Assembly (NCBI GenBank): GCA_040901675.1
Contig: JBBDYJ010000029.1
Coordinates: forward strand, 51,929 to 115,928
DNA length: 64,000 nt
Source: Pirellulales bacterium
GTDB taxonomy: Bacteria > Planctomycetota > Planctomycetia > Pirellulales > JAICIG01
Reading direction: 5' to 3'
Positions 37,481-46,601 of the stretch are shown in pieces (the stretch's first letter is position 1; every line of letters starts with the position of its first letter). The notes beneath the pieces were generated by a model, which was given only the letters and a program-made list of their open reading frames with translations, made no database searches and was not told the DNA's origin. Both the position numbers and the translations under genes were made by a program.

Positions 37481-38959
37481 ATGGCGACGATCACCAAGCC
37501 CGCGCGGGCTGCCCGTCCGCAGGTCAAGCACACGGAATGTTTCATCGGCGGCAGGTGGGTGCCTGCCGCCAGCGGCAAGACGTTCGACACGATCAATCCG
37601 GCCACCGAGGAGGTGATTGCCCAGGTCGCCGAGGGGGATGCCGAAGACGTCGATGCAGCCGTGGCCGCCGCCCGCGAAGCGCTGGACAGCGGGCCCTGGG
37701 GGCGGATGGACGCCCGCGACCGGGGACGCCTGATCTACAAGCTGGCCGACCTGATGGAAGAGGAGCAGGACGAGCTGGCGGCCCTGGAAACCTTGGACAA
37801 CGGCAAGCCGATCCGCGACGCGCGGGCGGCGGACCTGCCGCTGTCGATCGACTGCCTGCGGTACTACGCCGGCTTTGCCGACAAGATCCACGGCCAGACG
37901 ATTCCAGTGCGTGGCAACTACTTCACGTACACCCGCCGCGAGCCGGTGGGCGTGGCGGGCCAGATCATTCCCTGGAACTTCCCGATCCTGATGGTCTGCT
38001 GGAAGTGGGCGCCGGCATTGGCCGCCGGCTGCACCGTGGTGATGAAGCCGGCCGAGCAGACGCCGCTGACCTGCCTGCGGCTGGCGCGGCTGGCCCAGAA
38101 GGCCGGCATCCCCGATGGCGTGATCAACGTGGTGCCCGGCTTCGGGCCGACGGCGGGGGCGGCGATCGTCAAGCATCCGGGCGTCGACAAGGTGGCCTTC
38201 ACCGGCGAGTACAAGACGGCCCAGATCATCATGCGCGACGCCGCCAGCACGCTGAAGCGGCTCACGTTCGAGCTGGGAGGCAAGAGTCCCAACATCGTGT
38301 TTGCCGACGCCGACCTGGAAGCGGCCGCGGTCGGTTCGCACTTCGGGCTGTACTTCAACCAGGGGCAATGCTGCTGCGCCGGCAGCCGGCTGTTCGTGCA
38401 GGAGAAGGTGTACGACAAGTTCGTGGACAAGATGGTCTCGATGAACAAGTCGCGCAAGCTCGGCGATCCGCTCGACCCGGACACGGAGCAGGGGCCGCAG
38501 GTGGACAAGGACCAGTTCGACAAGATCCTCCGCTACATCGACATCGGCAAGAAGGAAGGGGCGGAGTGCCTGTCGGGCGGCAAGCGGTTCGGCGAGCGGG
38601 GCTACTACATCGAGCCGACGTTGTTCGCCGGCGTGACCGACGGGATGGCGATCGCCAAGGACGAGATCTTCGGCCCGGTGATGTCGATCCTGAAGTTCAA
38701 GGACGTCGACGAGATCGTGGACCGCGCCAACAACACCTTCTACGGCCTGGCGGCCGCCGTCTGGACCCGCGACGTGTCCAAGGCGCATCACCTGGCGGCC
38801 AGGATCAAGGCGGGCACGGTGTGGGTGAACTGCTTCGACGTGTTCGACGCGGCCGCGCCGTTCGGCGGCTTCAAGATGTCGGGCATGGGGCGCGAGCTGG
38901 GCGAGAAGGGCCTGGACGCCTACACCGAGACCAAGACGGTGACGGTGAGCCTGGCGTAG
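37481..38959 (+). CDS. NAD-dependent aldehyde dehydrogenase (ALDH1/2-like)
   Basis: [47 protein letters not shown]. Confidence 0.96.
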   Translation: MATITKPARAARPQVKHTECFIGGRWVPAASGKTFDTINPATEEVIAQVAEGDAEDVDAAVAAAREALDSGPWGRMDARDRGRLIYKLADLMEEEQDELAALETLDNGKPIRDARAADLPLSIDCLRYYAGFADKIHGQTIPVRGNYFTYTRREPVGVAGQIIPWNFPILMVCWKWAPALAAGCTVVMKPAEQTPLTCLRLARLAQKAGIPDGVINVVPGFGPTAGAAIVKHPGVDKVAFTGEYKTAQIIMRDAASTLKRLTFELGGKSPNIVFADADLEAAAVGSHFGLYFNQGQCCCAGSRLFVQEKVYDKFVDKMVSMNKSRKLGDPLDPDTEQGPQVDKDQFDKILRYIDIGKKEGAECLSGGKRFGERGYYIEPTLFAGVTDGMAIAKDEIFGPVMSILKFKDVDEIVDRANNTFYGLAAAVWTRDVSKAHHLAARIKAGTVWVNCFDVFDAAAPFGGFKMSGMGRELGEKGLDAYTETKTVTVSLA

Positions 38960-39127
38960 GGTGGGCCTCGGCGGGGAGATCGAACAACCAAGGGGCTCCG
39001 GGGGCTGGCGGCAAAGTCCCGGCCGGCGGGATGCTCCATTTGTACAGGAGCGGAGACATCCCTGGCCGGTGGGAATTGGCCGGCGCGCCGGGATGCCGCG
39101 GTGTGCACGAGGGGGTAGGGACGAATC

Positions 39128-39676
39128 ATGACGACTGAAACACTGCTGACGGCCGAAGATTACTTGCGCATGCCCAGCCAGGGACAGCCGACCGAGCTGG
39201 TCCGAGGAAAGATCGTCATGATGAATCGGCCCGGTGGTCGGCACGGGAAAGTATGTGGGCGGGTATGCACGTTGGTCTCGAACTTCGTGGACGATCACGG
39301 CCTCGGCCACGTCTTCAGCAACGATTCCGGCGTGATTACCTCCCATGATCCCGACACCGTTCGCGGACCGGACGTGTGCTTCTACAGCTACGCTCGGATG
39401 CCCAAGGACGAAGTACCGATATCCTTTCTGCCGCCTGCGCCAGAACTGGTGTTCGAGGTGCTTTCGCCGGATGACCGTTGGAAGCACGTGCTGGCCAAAG
39501 TGGCTGAATATCTCGAAGCGGGCGTGCTTTGCGTTTGCGTAGTGGATCCCCAGCGGCAGACGGCCCGCGTCTATTCCCCGGACTTGCCGGAGCAGGCCGT
39601 GGCATTCGATCAGGAGCTTGTGTTTCCGGCGATCCTGCCCGGCTTCGCATTGCCGTTGCGGCGGCTGTTCGAGTGA
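39128..39676 (+). CDS. Uma2 family PD-(D/E)xK endonuclease-like protein
   Basis: ELVRG, H, RGPDV, FEVLSP, KVAEYLEAGV, VVDP. Confidence 0.9.
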   Translation: MTTETLLTAEDYLRMPSQGQPTELVRGKIVMMNRPGGRHGKVCGRVCTLVSNFVDDHGLGHVFSNDSGVITSHDPDTVRGPDVCFYSYARMPKDEVPISFLPPAPELVFEVLSPDDRWKHVLAKVAEYLEAGVLCVCVVDPQRQTARVYSPDLPEQAVAFDQELVFPAILPGFALPLRRLFE

Positions 39677-39710
39677 CGAGGTGTCCTCCGCTGACGAAGG
39701 GCGTTTAATC

Positions 39711-40283
39711 ATGGCGACGACCGAAACCCTGTTGACGGCCGAGGAGTACGCGAGGCTGCCCGACGCGGGCCGCCCGACCGAGTTGGTCCGGGGAAAGATC
39801 GTCATGATGAACAGGCCCGGCGTGCGGCACGGTTGGATTTGCAATCGAATTGGCCAGCTTCTAGCCAATTTTGTCTACGTTCATCGCTTGGGCCACGTTT
39901 TGAATAATGACTCGGGCGTCGTCACCCAACGAAGTCCCGATACAGTCCGTGGTGCTGACGTGGCGTTTTACAGCTACAAGCGGGTGCCCAAGGGGCCACG
40001 GCCGAAAGTCTACGCGGGCGTTGCGCCCGAACTCGTGTTCGAGGTTTCTCCGGACGACCGCCCGCGGAAGGTCCTCGAAAAAGTTACCGAGTATCTCCAC
40101 GTCGGCGTGTTGTGCGTTTGCGTGGTGGATCCGAAACGAAGAATCGTGGTGATCCACTATCCTGACCGCCCGGAGCAAACGCTCGCGGCGGATGACAATC
40201 TGGAGTTCCCCGCGATTCTGCCCGGCTTCTCATGTCCCGTCCGGCATCTGTTCGAGTTGGAATCGGAGGGGGAGGAGCCATGA
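39711..40283 (+). CDS. Uma2 family endonuclease-like protein (paralogue of upstream gene)
   Basis: Near-identical N-terminus TETLLTAE...PTELVRGKIVMMNRPG; RGADV, FEVSP, KVTEYL. Confidence 0.88.
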   Translation: MATTETLLTAEEYARLPDAGRPTELVRGKIVMMNRPGVRHGWICNRIGQLLANFVYVHRLGHVLNNDSGVVTQRSPDTVRGADVAFYSYKRVPKGPRPKVYAGVAPELVFEVSPDDRPRKVLEKVTEYLHVGVLCVCVVDPKRRIVVIHYPDRPEQTLAADDNLEFPAILPGFSCPVRHLFELESEGEEP

Positions 40284-40894
40284 GCATTCACGAGCCCTTG
40301 CAAGTGCCGCTGGAAACGTCGGAGCAACCGCCTTACCGTTTCTCGGTCGAGCAGTATGAGCAGATGATCGCCGGCGGTATCCTGGGCGAAAACGACCGCG
40401 TGCAACTGGTCGATGGAGCGATTATCGAGATGGCGCCGATCGGGCCGGCCCACCGGGCCGCCGTCCAGAATGCGGCGCGCAGCCTGGGGCAGTTGCTCCC
40501 AGCCGGCTGGGAATTGATGATTCAGCAGCCGCTCTCGCTCGCAACGAGCGTCCCCGAGCCCGATCTGGCGGTCGTTCGGAGCCCGGCGGCCAAGAATCCG
40601 AATCAGCACCCGGGCGGCAGCGACGTCGGGCTGGTGATCGAGGTTTCGGACACCACCTTGCGGCTCGACCGTGGCGACAAGCTGCACATTTACGCGGCCG
40701 GCGGCATCCCCGAGTACTGGATCATCAACCTCCTGAGCCGGCAGATCGAAGTGCACCGCGACCCTCTGGTGCAGCCAGGAAGTGCAACCTCCGATTACCG
40801 TCTACGGCAGCTCGTCCCGCACGGCGCTGCCGTGCCTCTCACGCTCGACGGCCGGACGCTGGGCGACATCCCGGTGGCCGACCTGCTGCCTTGA
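40280..40894 (+). CDS. Uma2 family endonuclease-like protein (second subfamily)
   Basis: RFSVEQYEQM, PEPDL, IEVSDTTL..DR..K..IYA..GIPEYWIINL; ATGA overlap with upstream stop. Confidence 0.9.
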   Translation: MSIHEPLQVPLETSEQPPYRFSVEQYEQMIAGGILGENDRVQLVDGAIIEMAPIGPAHRAAVQNAARSLGQLLPAGWELMIQQPLSLATSVPEPDLAVVRSPAAKNPNQHPGGSDVGLVIEVSDTTLRLDRGDKLHIYAAGGIPEYWIINLLSRQIEVHRDPLVQPGSATSDYRLRQLVPHGAAVPLTLDGRTLGDIPVADLLP

Positions 40895-41072
40895 TCGCTT
40901 TAACCAAGCCCTCGGCAGTATATATACTGCGCTAGTCTGAACGGTTGGGCCCAACCAACACAAGACAGGACAGCGTAAACACTTATGTTCTTTAGCCGTC
41001 AAGCGAACATGTGGTATATATACCACACTGTTCGTTTGGGGGCAGCTCAGAGCCCGGCGCCATGGCTCGCCC

Positions 41073-41348
41073 CTACCGCTCCGCGGTCGTCGGATCGATC
41101 ATGGTTTTGACTTCGGAGATGCGGTTGGCGGGGAAGCCGCCTTGCCGGGCGTGCTCTTCGATCATCTGGCTGTTCGGCGCGATGTACACGCAATAGATCT
41201 TGTCCGCCGTCACATAGCTGTGGACCCACTGAATCTGTGGGCCCAGCTTGTTCAACACCGAGCAGGATGTCTGCGAGGCGCCCTTCAATTGCTCGGCCGT
41301 CAGGTTGCCGGCGCCCGGCATGTCGCGCTCGATCACGTACTTGGGCAT
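41073..41348 (-). CDS. DUF4242 family protein
   Basis: MPKYVIER...WVHSYVTADKIYCVYIAP...HARQGGFPANRISEV; GGAG upstream. Confidence 0.85.
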   Translation of the reverse strand: MPKYVIERDMPGAGNLTAEQLKGASQTSCSVLNKLGPQIQWVHSYVTADKIYCVYIAPNSQMIEEHARQGGFPANRISEVKTMIDPTTAER

Positions 41349-41410
41349 GGGAGGTCTCCTGGTTGCTAGTTGCTGGTTGCTAGTTGCTGGTTGTGACTTT
41401 CAAGGGGGGT

Positions 41411-43993
41411 TTAGCCTTTGAGCGCATCCTGCCACTCCTTGAGCCGGGCCAGCGCCTCAAGCGGCGTCAGCGAATCCAGCTCGGCCTGGCGGATCTTGTC
41501 CAAAAGCGGGTGCTCGCCGGCAAACAGCGTCAGTTGCATCTGGCCCTTGGCGCGGCCGGCGCCGCGGCGGGCCAGGCGCGGGCGGCCGCTCTCGTCGAGA
41601 TGGTCGTGCTCCAGCCGTGCCAAAATCTGCTTGGCACGCTCCAACACGCTCCGCGGCACGCCGGCCAGCCGCGCCACGTGAATCCCATAGCTCTTGTCCG
41701 CTCCGCCCTCCACGATCTTGTGCAAAAACACCACGTCGTCCTGCCACTCGCGCACCGCCACGTTCAGATTCTTGACCCCGCCCAGCGAGGCCGCCAGGTC
41801 GGTCAGCTCGTGGTAGTGCGTCGCAAACAGCGTGCGGCAGCCGACCGAATCGTGCAGGTGCTCGACCACGGCCCAGGCCAGCGAGACCCCGTCGTAGGTG
41901 CTGGTGCCGCGGCCGATCTCGTCGAGAATGACCAGGCTTTTGGCCGTCGCCATATTGAGGATGCGGGCCGTCTCGATCATCTCGACCATGAACGTGCTCT
42001 GGCCGCGAACCAGCTCGTCGCTGGCGCCCACGCGGGCGAAGATGCGGTCGGCCACGCCGATCGTCGCCTCGCGAGCCGGAACAAAGCTGCCCATCTGCGC
42101 TAACAGCACGATCAGGGCCGCCTGGCGGATGTAGGTGCTCTTGCCGGCCATGTTCGGTCCGGTGATCAACAGCATGCCCGCCTCGCCGCCGCCGGCCACC
42201 ACGTCGTTGGGCACGAACGAGCCCTCGGACATCTTGAGGTCGAGCACCGGATGCCGCCCGGCCGCGATCCGCAACAGCGGCTCGTCGACCACTTTGGGCC
42301 GGCAGTAGCCCCGCTCGCGGGCCAGGTGGGCCAACGACGCCAGCACGTCGATCTGCGCCAAGGCCTCGGCCGTGGCCCTCAGGCGGCGGGCGCCGGCCGC
42401 CACCAGCTCGCGCAGCTCGAGGAACAGCTCGTGCTCCAGGTCCTTGGCCGTCTGATCGGCGGCCAGCACCTTCTCTTCATGCTCCTTGAGCTCCGGGGTA
42501 ATGTATCGCTCGGCGTTCTTGACCGTTTGCTTGCGGATATACGTGTCGGGGACCTTGCCGCGGTGGACGTGCGTCACCTCCAGGTAATAGCCGAACACCT
42601 GGTTGAAGCCGACCTTGAGGCTGGCGATGCCGGTCCGCTGGGCTTCCTCGGCCTGGTAACGGGCGATCCATTGCTTGCCGCCGACGGTGAGGTCGCGCAG
42701 GGCATCGAGCTTCGTGCTGAAGCCGGCCTTGATAAAACCGCCTTCGCGGCTGGTCAGCGGACACTCATCTTCCAGCGCCGCATCGAGCCTGGAGCGGATT
42801 TCAGGGCACAAGTCGATGGTGCCCTCCAGCCGCGACAGGGCCGCACTAACGCGAGCGGTGAGCCGTGCCTTCAGCATCGGCAGTATCCGCAGCGTGCGGA
42901 CCAGCGAGTGCAGATCGCGCGGGCTGGCCCGCTGCGTGGTGACGCGGGCCAGCAGCCGCTCGACGTCCTGCACGCCTTTGAGCGAGCCGCGCAGATCGTC
43001 CGCCAGGCGGGTGTCGGCCACGAGCTCGGCCACGGCGTCGAGCCGCTCGTCGATCGCCGCCGGCGAAGTGAGCGGGTTGGCCAGCCACTCGCCCAGCAGC
43101 CGCGAGCCCATGGCGGTCACCGTGCGGTCCAGCACATCGAGCAGCGAACCGTCGCGGCGGCCGTCGCGCAGCGTGCGGCTGATTTCCAGGCTGCGGCGGG
43201 TCGCCTCGTCGATCTCCAGCGTGTCGCCCGGGCGGTAAGGGAGCAATCGGTCGATGTGTGCAAGCGACGTCTTTTGCGTTTCGGCCAGGTACTCCAGCAC
43301 GGCGCCCGCGGCCCGGATGGCCGGCACGTCGGCGTCTGCAAAGCCGAAGCCCTCGAGCGTCTGGGTGCCAAAATGCCGTGCCAGCGCTTCGCGGGCAGCA
43401 TTGTGCGAAAAGACCCAGGCTGGGCGGCGCGTAATGAGCATCTCGCCGTTGGGCGGAGTGTCGGCACCATCGCTTGTGTCGGCCACCAGGCACTCCACCG
43501 GCCCGATCCGCGCCAGCTCGTCGCCCAGGCGATCGGCCGGCACCTGCGAAGCCTGGAAGCGGCCGGTGGATAGATCGACCCAGGCCAGTCCGGCCGTCGG
43601 CCCGTGCACCAGCGCGGCCAGGAAGTTGCTCTCGCGCGGGTCGAGCAAGGCATCGTCGGTGACCGTGCCGGCGGTGACCACGCGGGTCACTTCGCGCCGC
43701 ACCAGCCCCTTGGCCTGTTTGGGATCTTCGACCTGCTCGCAGACGGCCGCCCGGAATCCGGCGGCAATCAGTTTGCCCAGGTAGCTCTCCAACTGGTGGT
43801 GGGGAAACCCCGCCATGGGGATCGGGTTTTCCCCCTTGTCGCGGCTGGTCAGCGCCAGGCCCAGCACGCGGGCCGCCACTTTGGCATCGTCGTGGAACAT
43901 CTCGTAGAAGTCGCCCATGCGGAACAGCAGCAGGGCATCCGGGCAGGCTGCCTTGGCGTCCTGATACTGCTGCATCATGGGTGTGACGGCCAT
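41411..43993 (-). CDS. mutS: DNA mismatch repair protein MutS
   Basis: TPMMQQY, FRMGDFYE, TGPNMAGKST, STFMVEM, DEIGRGTST, SYGIHVA. Confidence 0.97.
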   Translation of the reverse strand: MAVTPMMQQYQDAKAACPDALLLFRMGDFYEMFHDDAKVAARVLGLALTSRDKGENPIPMAGFPHHQLESYLGKLIAAGFRAAVCEQVEDPKQAKGLVRREVTRVVTAGTVTDDALLDPRESNFLAALVHGPTAGLAWVDLSTGRFQASQVPADRLGDELARIGPVECLVADTSDGADTPPNGEMLITRRPAWVFSHNAAREALARHFGTQTLEGFGFADADVPAIRAAGAVLEYLAETQKTSLAHIDRLLPYRPGDTLEIDEATRRSLEISRTLRDGRRDGSLLDVLDRTVTAMGSRLLGEWLANPLTSPAAIDERLDAVAELVADTRLADDLRGSLKGVQDVERLLARVTTQRASPRDLHSLVRTLRILPMLKARLTARVSAALSRLEGTIDLCPEIRSRLDAALEDECPLTSREGGFIKAGFSTKLDALRDLTVGGKQWIARYQAEEAQRTGIASLKVGFNQVFGYYLEVTHVHRGKVPDTYIRKQTVKNAERYITPELKEHEEKVLAADQTAKDLEHELFLELRELVAAGARRLRATAEALAQIDVLASLAHLARERGYCRPKVVDEPLLRIAAGRHPVLDLKMSEGSFVPNDVVAGGGEAGMLLITGPNMAGKSTYIRQAALIVLLAQMGSFVPAREATIGVADRIFARVGASDELVRGQSTFMVEMIETARILNMATAKSLVILDEIGRGTSTYDGVSLAWAVVEHLHDSVGCRTLFATHYHELTDLAASLGGVKNLNVAVREWQDDVVFLHKIVEGGADKSYGIHVARLAGVPRSVLERAKQILARLEHDHLDESGRPRLARRGAGRAKGQMQLTLFAGEHPLLDKIRQAELDSLTPLEALARLKEWQDALKG

Positions 43994-44071
43994 GGCCGCG
44001 ATGCTAGCAGATGGCATGGCCGGCCGAAAGACGCGGCTGCGCGGCGGCCCGTCGAATGAGCGGCCGAGAGT

Positions 44072-44803
44072 CTAAACGGCCTTGGACGGAAGCCTGGAGA
44101 TGTCGTCGAAGACGATGGTCGAGCGGCGGAGCTCCTCGACCAGTTCCGGGTCTTCCCGGGCCAGGCTCTCGAGCAGACTGCGCTCGGTGGCGCTGTCGGT
44201 CGCGCCGAGGATATCCGCCACGCGCTCGACGCCGCCTGCACTTTCGGACTGCTGGCTCATCAGGCTCGACAGGCGGCGTTCGAGCCCCGTCTCCACTTCA
44301 TGAATGATCTCGCGATTGATCCGCCCCATGCCGGCAATCCGGCGGATCACGGCCGGTTGCCGGTCGCTGGGCAGGCTGCTGAGGATGTCGGCCGCCTGTG
44401 CCGGCTGCAGGTGCGAGAGGATCAGCGCGATCGTTTGCGGATGTTCGTCCAGGATGAAGGGCAGCAGGTTCTGGCTGTCGACCTTCCGCAGAAAGTCGAA
44501 GGGGATGGCCTCGATCCGCTGCCGGACCAGCTCGCTGGTGCCGGAGGCGTCTTCTCCCCAGGTTTTTTCGATCGGGCCTCTGCCCAGGCCGCCCGGGCCC
44601 GGCCGCAGCGAGCCGGGCGTGGCTTCCGCGAATTGCCTGATGGCCGATTCCTGCTCGTCGCTGCTCAGCGTCCCGATTGCGGCGATTTCGGTAGAGACCA
44701 GCGCAACCTGCTTGGGGCTGAGCTGAGCCATCAATTGGGCGGCCTCCGCTTTCGGGAGGCTGGCGAGCAGCACGGCGGCTTTGCGGATCTCCGAGTGCGG
44801 CAC
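44072..44803 (-). CDS. fliG: FliG-like protein lacking the C-terminal torque domain (possible pseudogene)
   Basis: RKAAVLL, PFDFL, EHPQTIALILSHL, GGVERVADIL, DPELVEELR...VFDDI, then stop at 243 aa. Confidence 0.75.
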   Translation of the reverse strand: MPHSEIRKAAVLLASLPKAEAAQLMAQLSPKQVALVSTEIAAIGTLSSDEQESAIRQFAEATPGSLRPGPGGLGRGPIEKTWGEDASGTSELVRQRIEAIPFDFLRKVDSQNLLPFILDEHPQTIALILSHLQPAQAADILSSLPSDRQPAVIRRIAGMGRINREIIHEVETGLERRLSSLMSQQSESAGGVERVADILGATDSATERSLLESLAREDPELVEELRRSTIVFDDISRLPSKAV

Positions 44804-44968
44804 GGCGGCTGGCCCTGGTGCGACGTGAGTCGCGGAGACCTGCTCCGCGCGGTCAGCCTTATCGGCAGGCAGGGCGGTTGGACTTGAGAAAAAGCGGTGG
44901 AGCCGGTGTCGCTGGGCTGCTACCAGAGCCGCGAAACTCCGTACTGCTCGAAGACCGCGCAGCCGGCC

Positions 44969-45631
44969 TCACGGCAGCTTGCGGATGAGAATGTTGCGGT
45001 AATCGAGGGGCGAGCCGTGGTTCTGCAGTCCGATGTAGCCGGTCTTCCGTTCGATGCCGGGATGCTCCTTCACCTTGTCGGTGTGCTCGTCCAGGTTGGC
45101 ATCGACGACCTGCTCGCCGTTCAGCTCGACTTGGACGCGATTGCCGTCGCAGACGATGTGCAGCTTCTGCCACTCGCCCGCCTTCTTGCTCACGCGAGGC
45201 TCCGCCGCGGCCACGCCGTACAGGCTGCCGCAGTACTGGGCCGGCTGCAAATCGGCATACTGCTCGTCATAGTCGTCCAATACCTGGACCTCCATGCCGG
45301 CGAAGGCCGGGTTCCCCTTGTGCGGGGCGCGCAGAAACACGCCGCTGTTGCCCCCTTCAGGTACGCGGAACTCGAGCTTCAACTCGAAGTTGGCGTACTC
45401 GTCCTCGGTCGAGAGCCAGCCCCCCTCCTTGCCGGTCGTCGACAGCATGCCGTCCTCGGCCTTCCAACTGTCGATCGGCCCATCGATCGCTTTCCAACCG
45501 GTCAGGTCCTTGTCGTTGAACAAGGGCTTGAACTCGCCCTCCTTCTCCTTGTCGGCAAAGGCTGGCAGGGCCGAGAGAAGTAAACCAACAACGGCAGCAA
45601 GCGAGGCAATGTTCGAGCGGCGAGCGTTCAT
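44969..45631 (-). CDS. DUF1080 / 3-keto-disaccharide hydrolase family protein
   Basis: Signal peptide; LFNDKDLTGW, NSGVFLR, EVQVLDD, GYIGLQNHG. Confidence 0.92.
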   Translation of the reverse strand: MNARRSNIASLAAVVGLLLSALPAFADKEKEGEFKPLFNDKDLTGWKAIDGPIDSWKAEDGMLSTTGKEGGWLSTEDEYANFELKLEFRVPEGGNSGVFLRAPHKGNPAFAGMEVQVLDDYDEQYADLQPAQYCGSLYGVAAAEPRVSKKAGEWQKLHIVCDGNRVQVELNGEQVVDANLDEHTDKVKEHPGIERKTGYIGLQNHGSPLDYRNILIRKLP

Positions 45632-45671
45632 GGAAAGACTTCCTCAATGTGACGATGTTCGCGGCGACCCT

Positions 45672-45770
45672 GGAACGCCGGAAAAATAACTTCCCGATTT
45701 CGCGAGTGCTAGCATCCGGTGGCCAGCACGGCGTCTTTGCGATATGCGGAAGTTATTTTTCGGCCATTCC
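45672..45770. repeat. Long imperfect inverted repeat
   Basis: GCCGGAAAAATAACTTCC (45677-45694) pairs with GGAAGTTATTTTTCGGC (45748-45764); inner stem GTGCT/AGCAC. Confidence 0.8.
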
Positions 45771-45819
45771 CTGGTCCTAGTGTACCTGCCGGCAGGTCGA
45801 AAGCCAGATCCGGAGGTCA

Positions 45820-45857
45820 AGGCAGAAGGAGGAAGGTGGAAGGAGGAAGGTGGAATC
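45820..45857 (+). repeat. GAAGG(A/T)G heptamer tandem repeat
   Basis: AGGCAGAAGGAGGAAGGTGGAAGGAGGAAGGTGGAATC; same flanks as the copy at 54628-54666. Confidence 0.8.
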
Positions 45858-45989
45858 AAGGAACGCGCGCCTCGGGGGCTCCGTTTTGACAGGCTCGAGG
45901 CTCGCGAGCGACGCGCCCCGAATCCGTCGAGGAGCGCAAGCGTTCGGCTCCCCGCTTTCCACCGGTTAACGGAGGGAGTCTAGAATCCA

Positions 45990-46023
45990 CTGGGGCACGC
46001 TTATCGCTTTGCCCCAGCCACCC
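45990..46023 (-). repeat. REP-like palindrome, dispersed copy
   Basis: Reverse complement is identical to 30078-30111. Confidence 0.9.
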
Positions 46024-46077
46024 GACGCCCGTGTTCGTCCCCCCGTCCCCCCTTCCCCCGCTCTCCCCTTCCTGTCT

Positions 46078-46569
46078 TCATTCGTCGCGCAGCTCGCACA
46101 CGGCAACTTGCCCCTCGCATTCGTCCAGCTCGATTCTCAGCAGAGCGGGACGCCAGCCCTTGGCACGCGCCAGGTCGTCGAGCAATCGGCGGCCGATGTA
46201 GCGCGCCAACAGCTCGGTCGTCGTGTTGGCCACCGGCAGCAAGATGCAGTCGCCACGAGGAAACACCCAGCGGCGGTCCTCGAAAGCCACCTCAACGCTG
46301 GTGTCTCCCGCCGAGACCTTGATTTGCGGATGCGACGCCGGCAACAGCATGTGGTGGTCCAGCTCGGCGACAATCGCCCGCAGCGTGTCGCGCAAGGCGA
46401 TGAAGTCGACCACGTAATGGTTCTCGTCGAGCGGGCCGTGCACTTCGGCCGTGACTCGATAATTGTGCCCATGCAGGCGTTCGCAGACGTTGCCGTCGAA
46501 CGTGATGAAATGCCCGGCGCTGAAGACCAGGTAGTCCTTGGTGATGCGGACCCAGTAGCTTTCCGACAT
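46078..46569 (-). CDS. 6-pyruvoyl-tetrahydropterin synthase family protein (QueD/PTPS)
   Basis: FSAGHF, CERLHGHNY, VVDF, LDH, NTTTELLA; ATG at 46569. Confidence 0.9.
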   Translation of the reverse strand: MSESYWVRITKDYLVFSAGHFITFDGNVCERLHGHNYRVTAEVHGPLDENHYVVDFIALRDTLRAIVAELDHHMLLPASHPQIKVSAGDTSVEVAFEDRRWVFPRGDCILLPVANTTTELLARYIGRRLLDDLARAKGWRPALLRIELDECEGQVAVCELRDE

Positions 46570-46601
46570 GTGCCGACTGCCTGCCAAAGACAACGCGCCC
46601 C

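Noticed and set aside
40915..40930. E. coli-type LexA box
   Set aside because: The arms are in the wrong order (CAG...CTG rather than CTG-N10-CAG) and no gene starts downstream.
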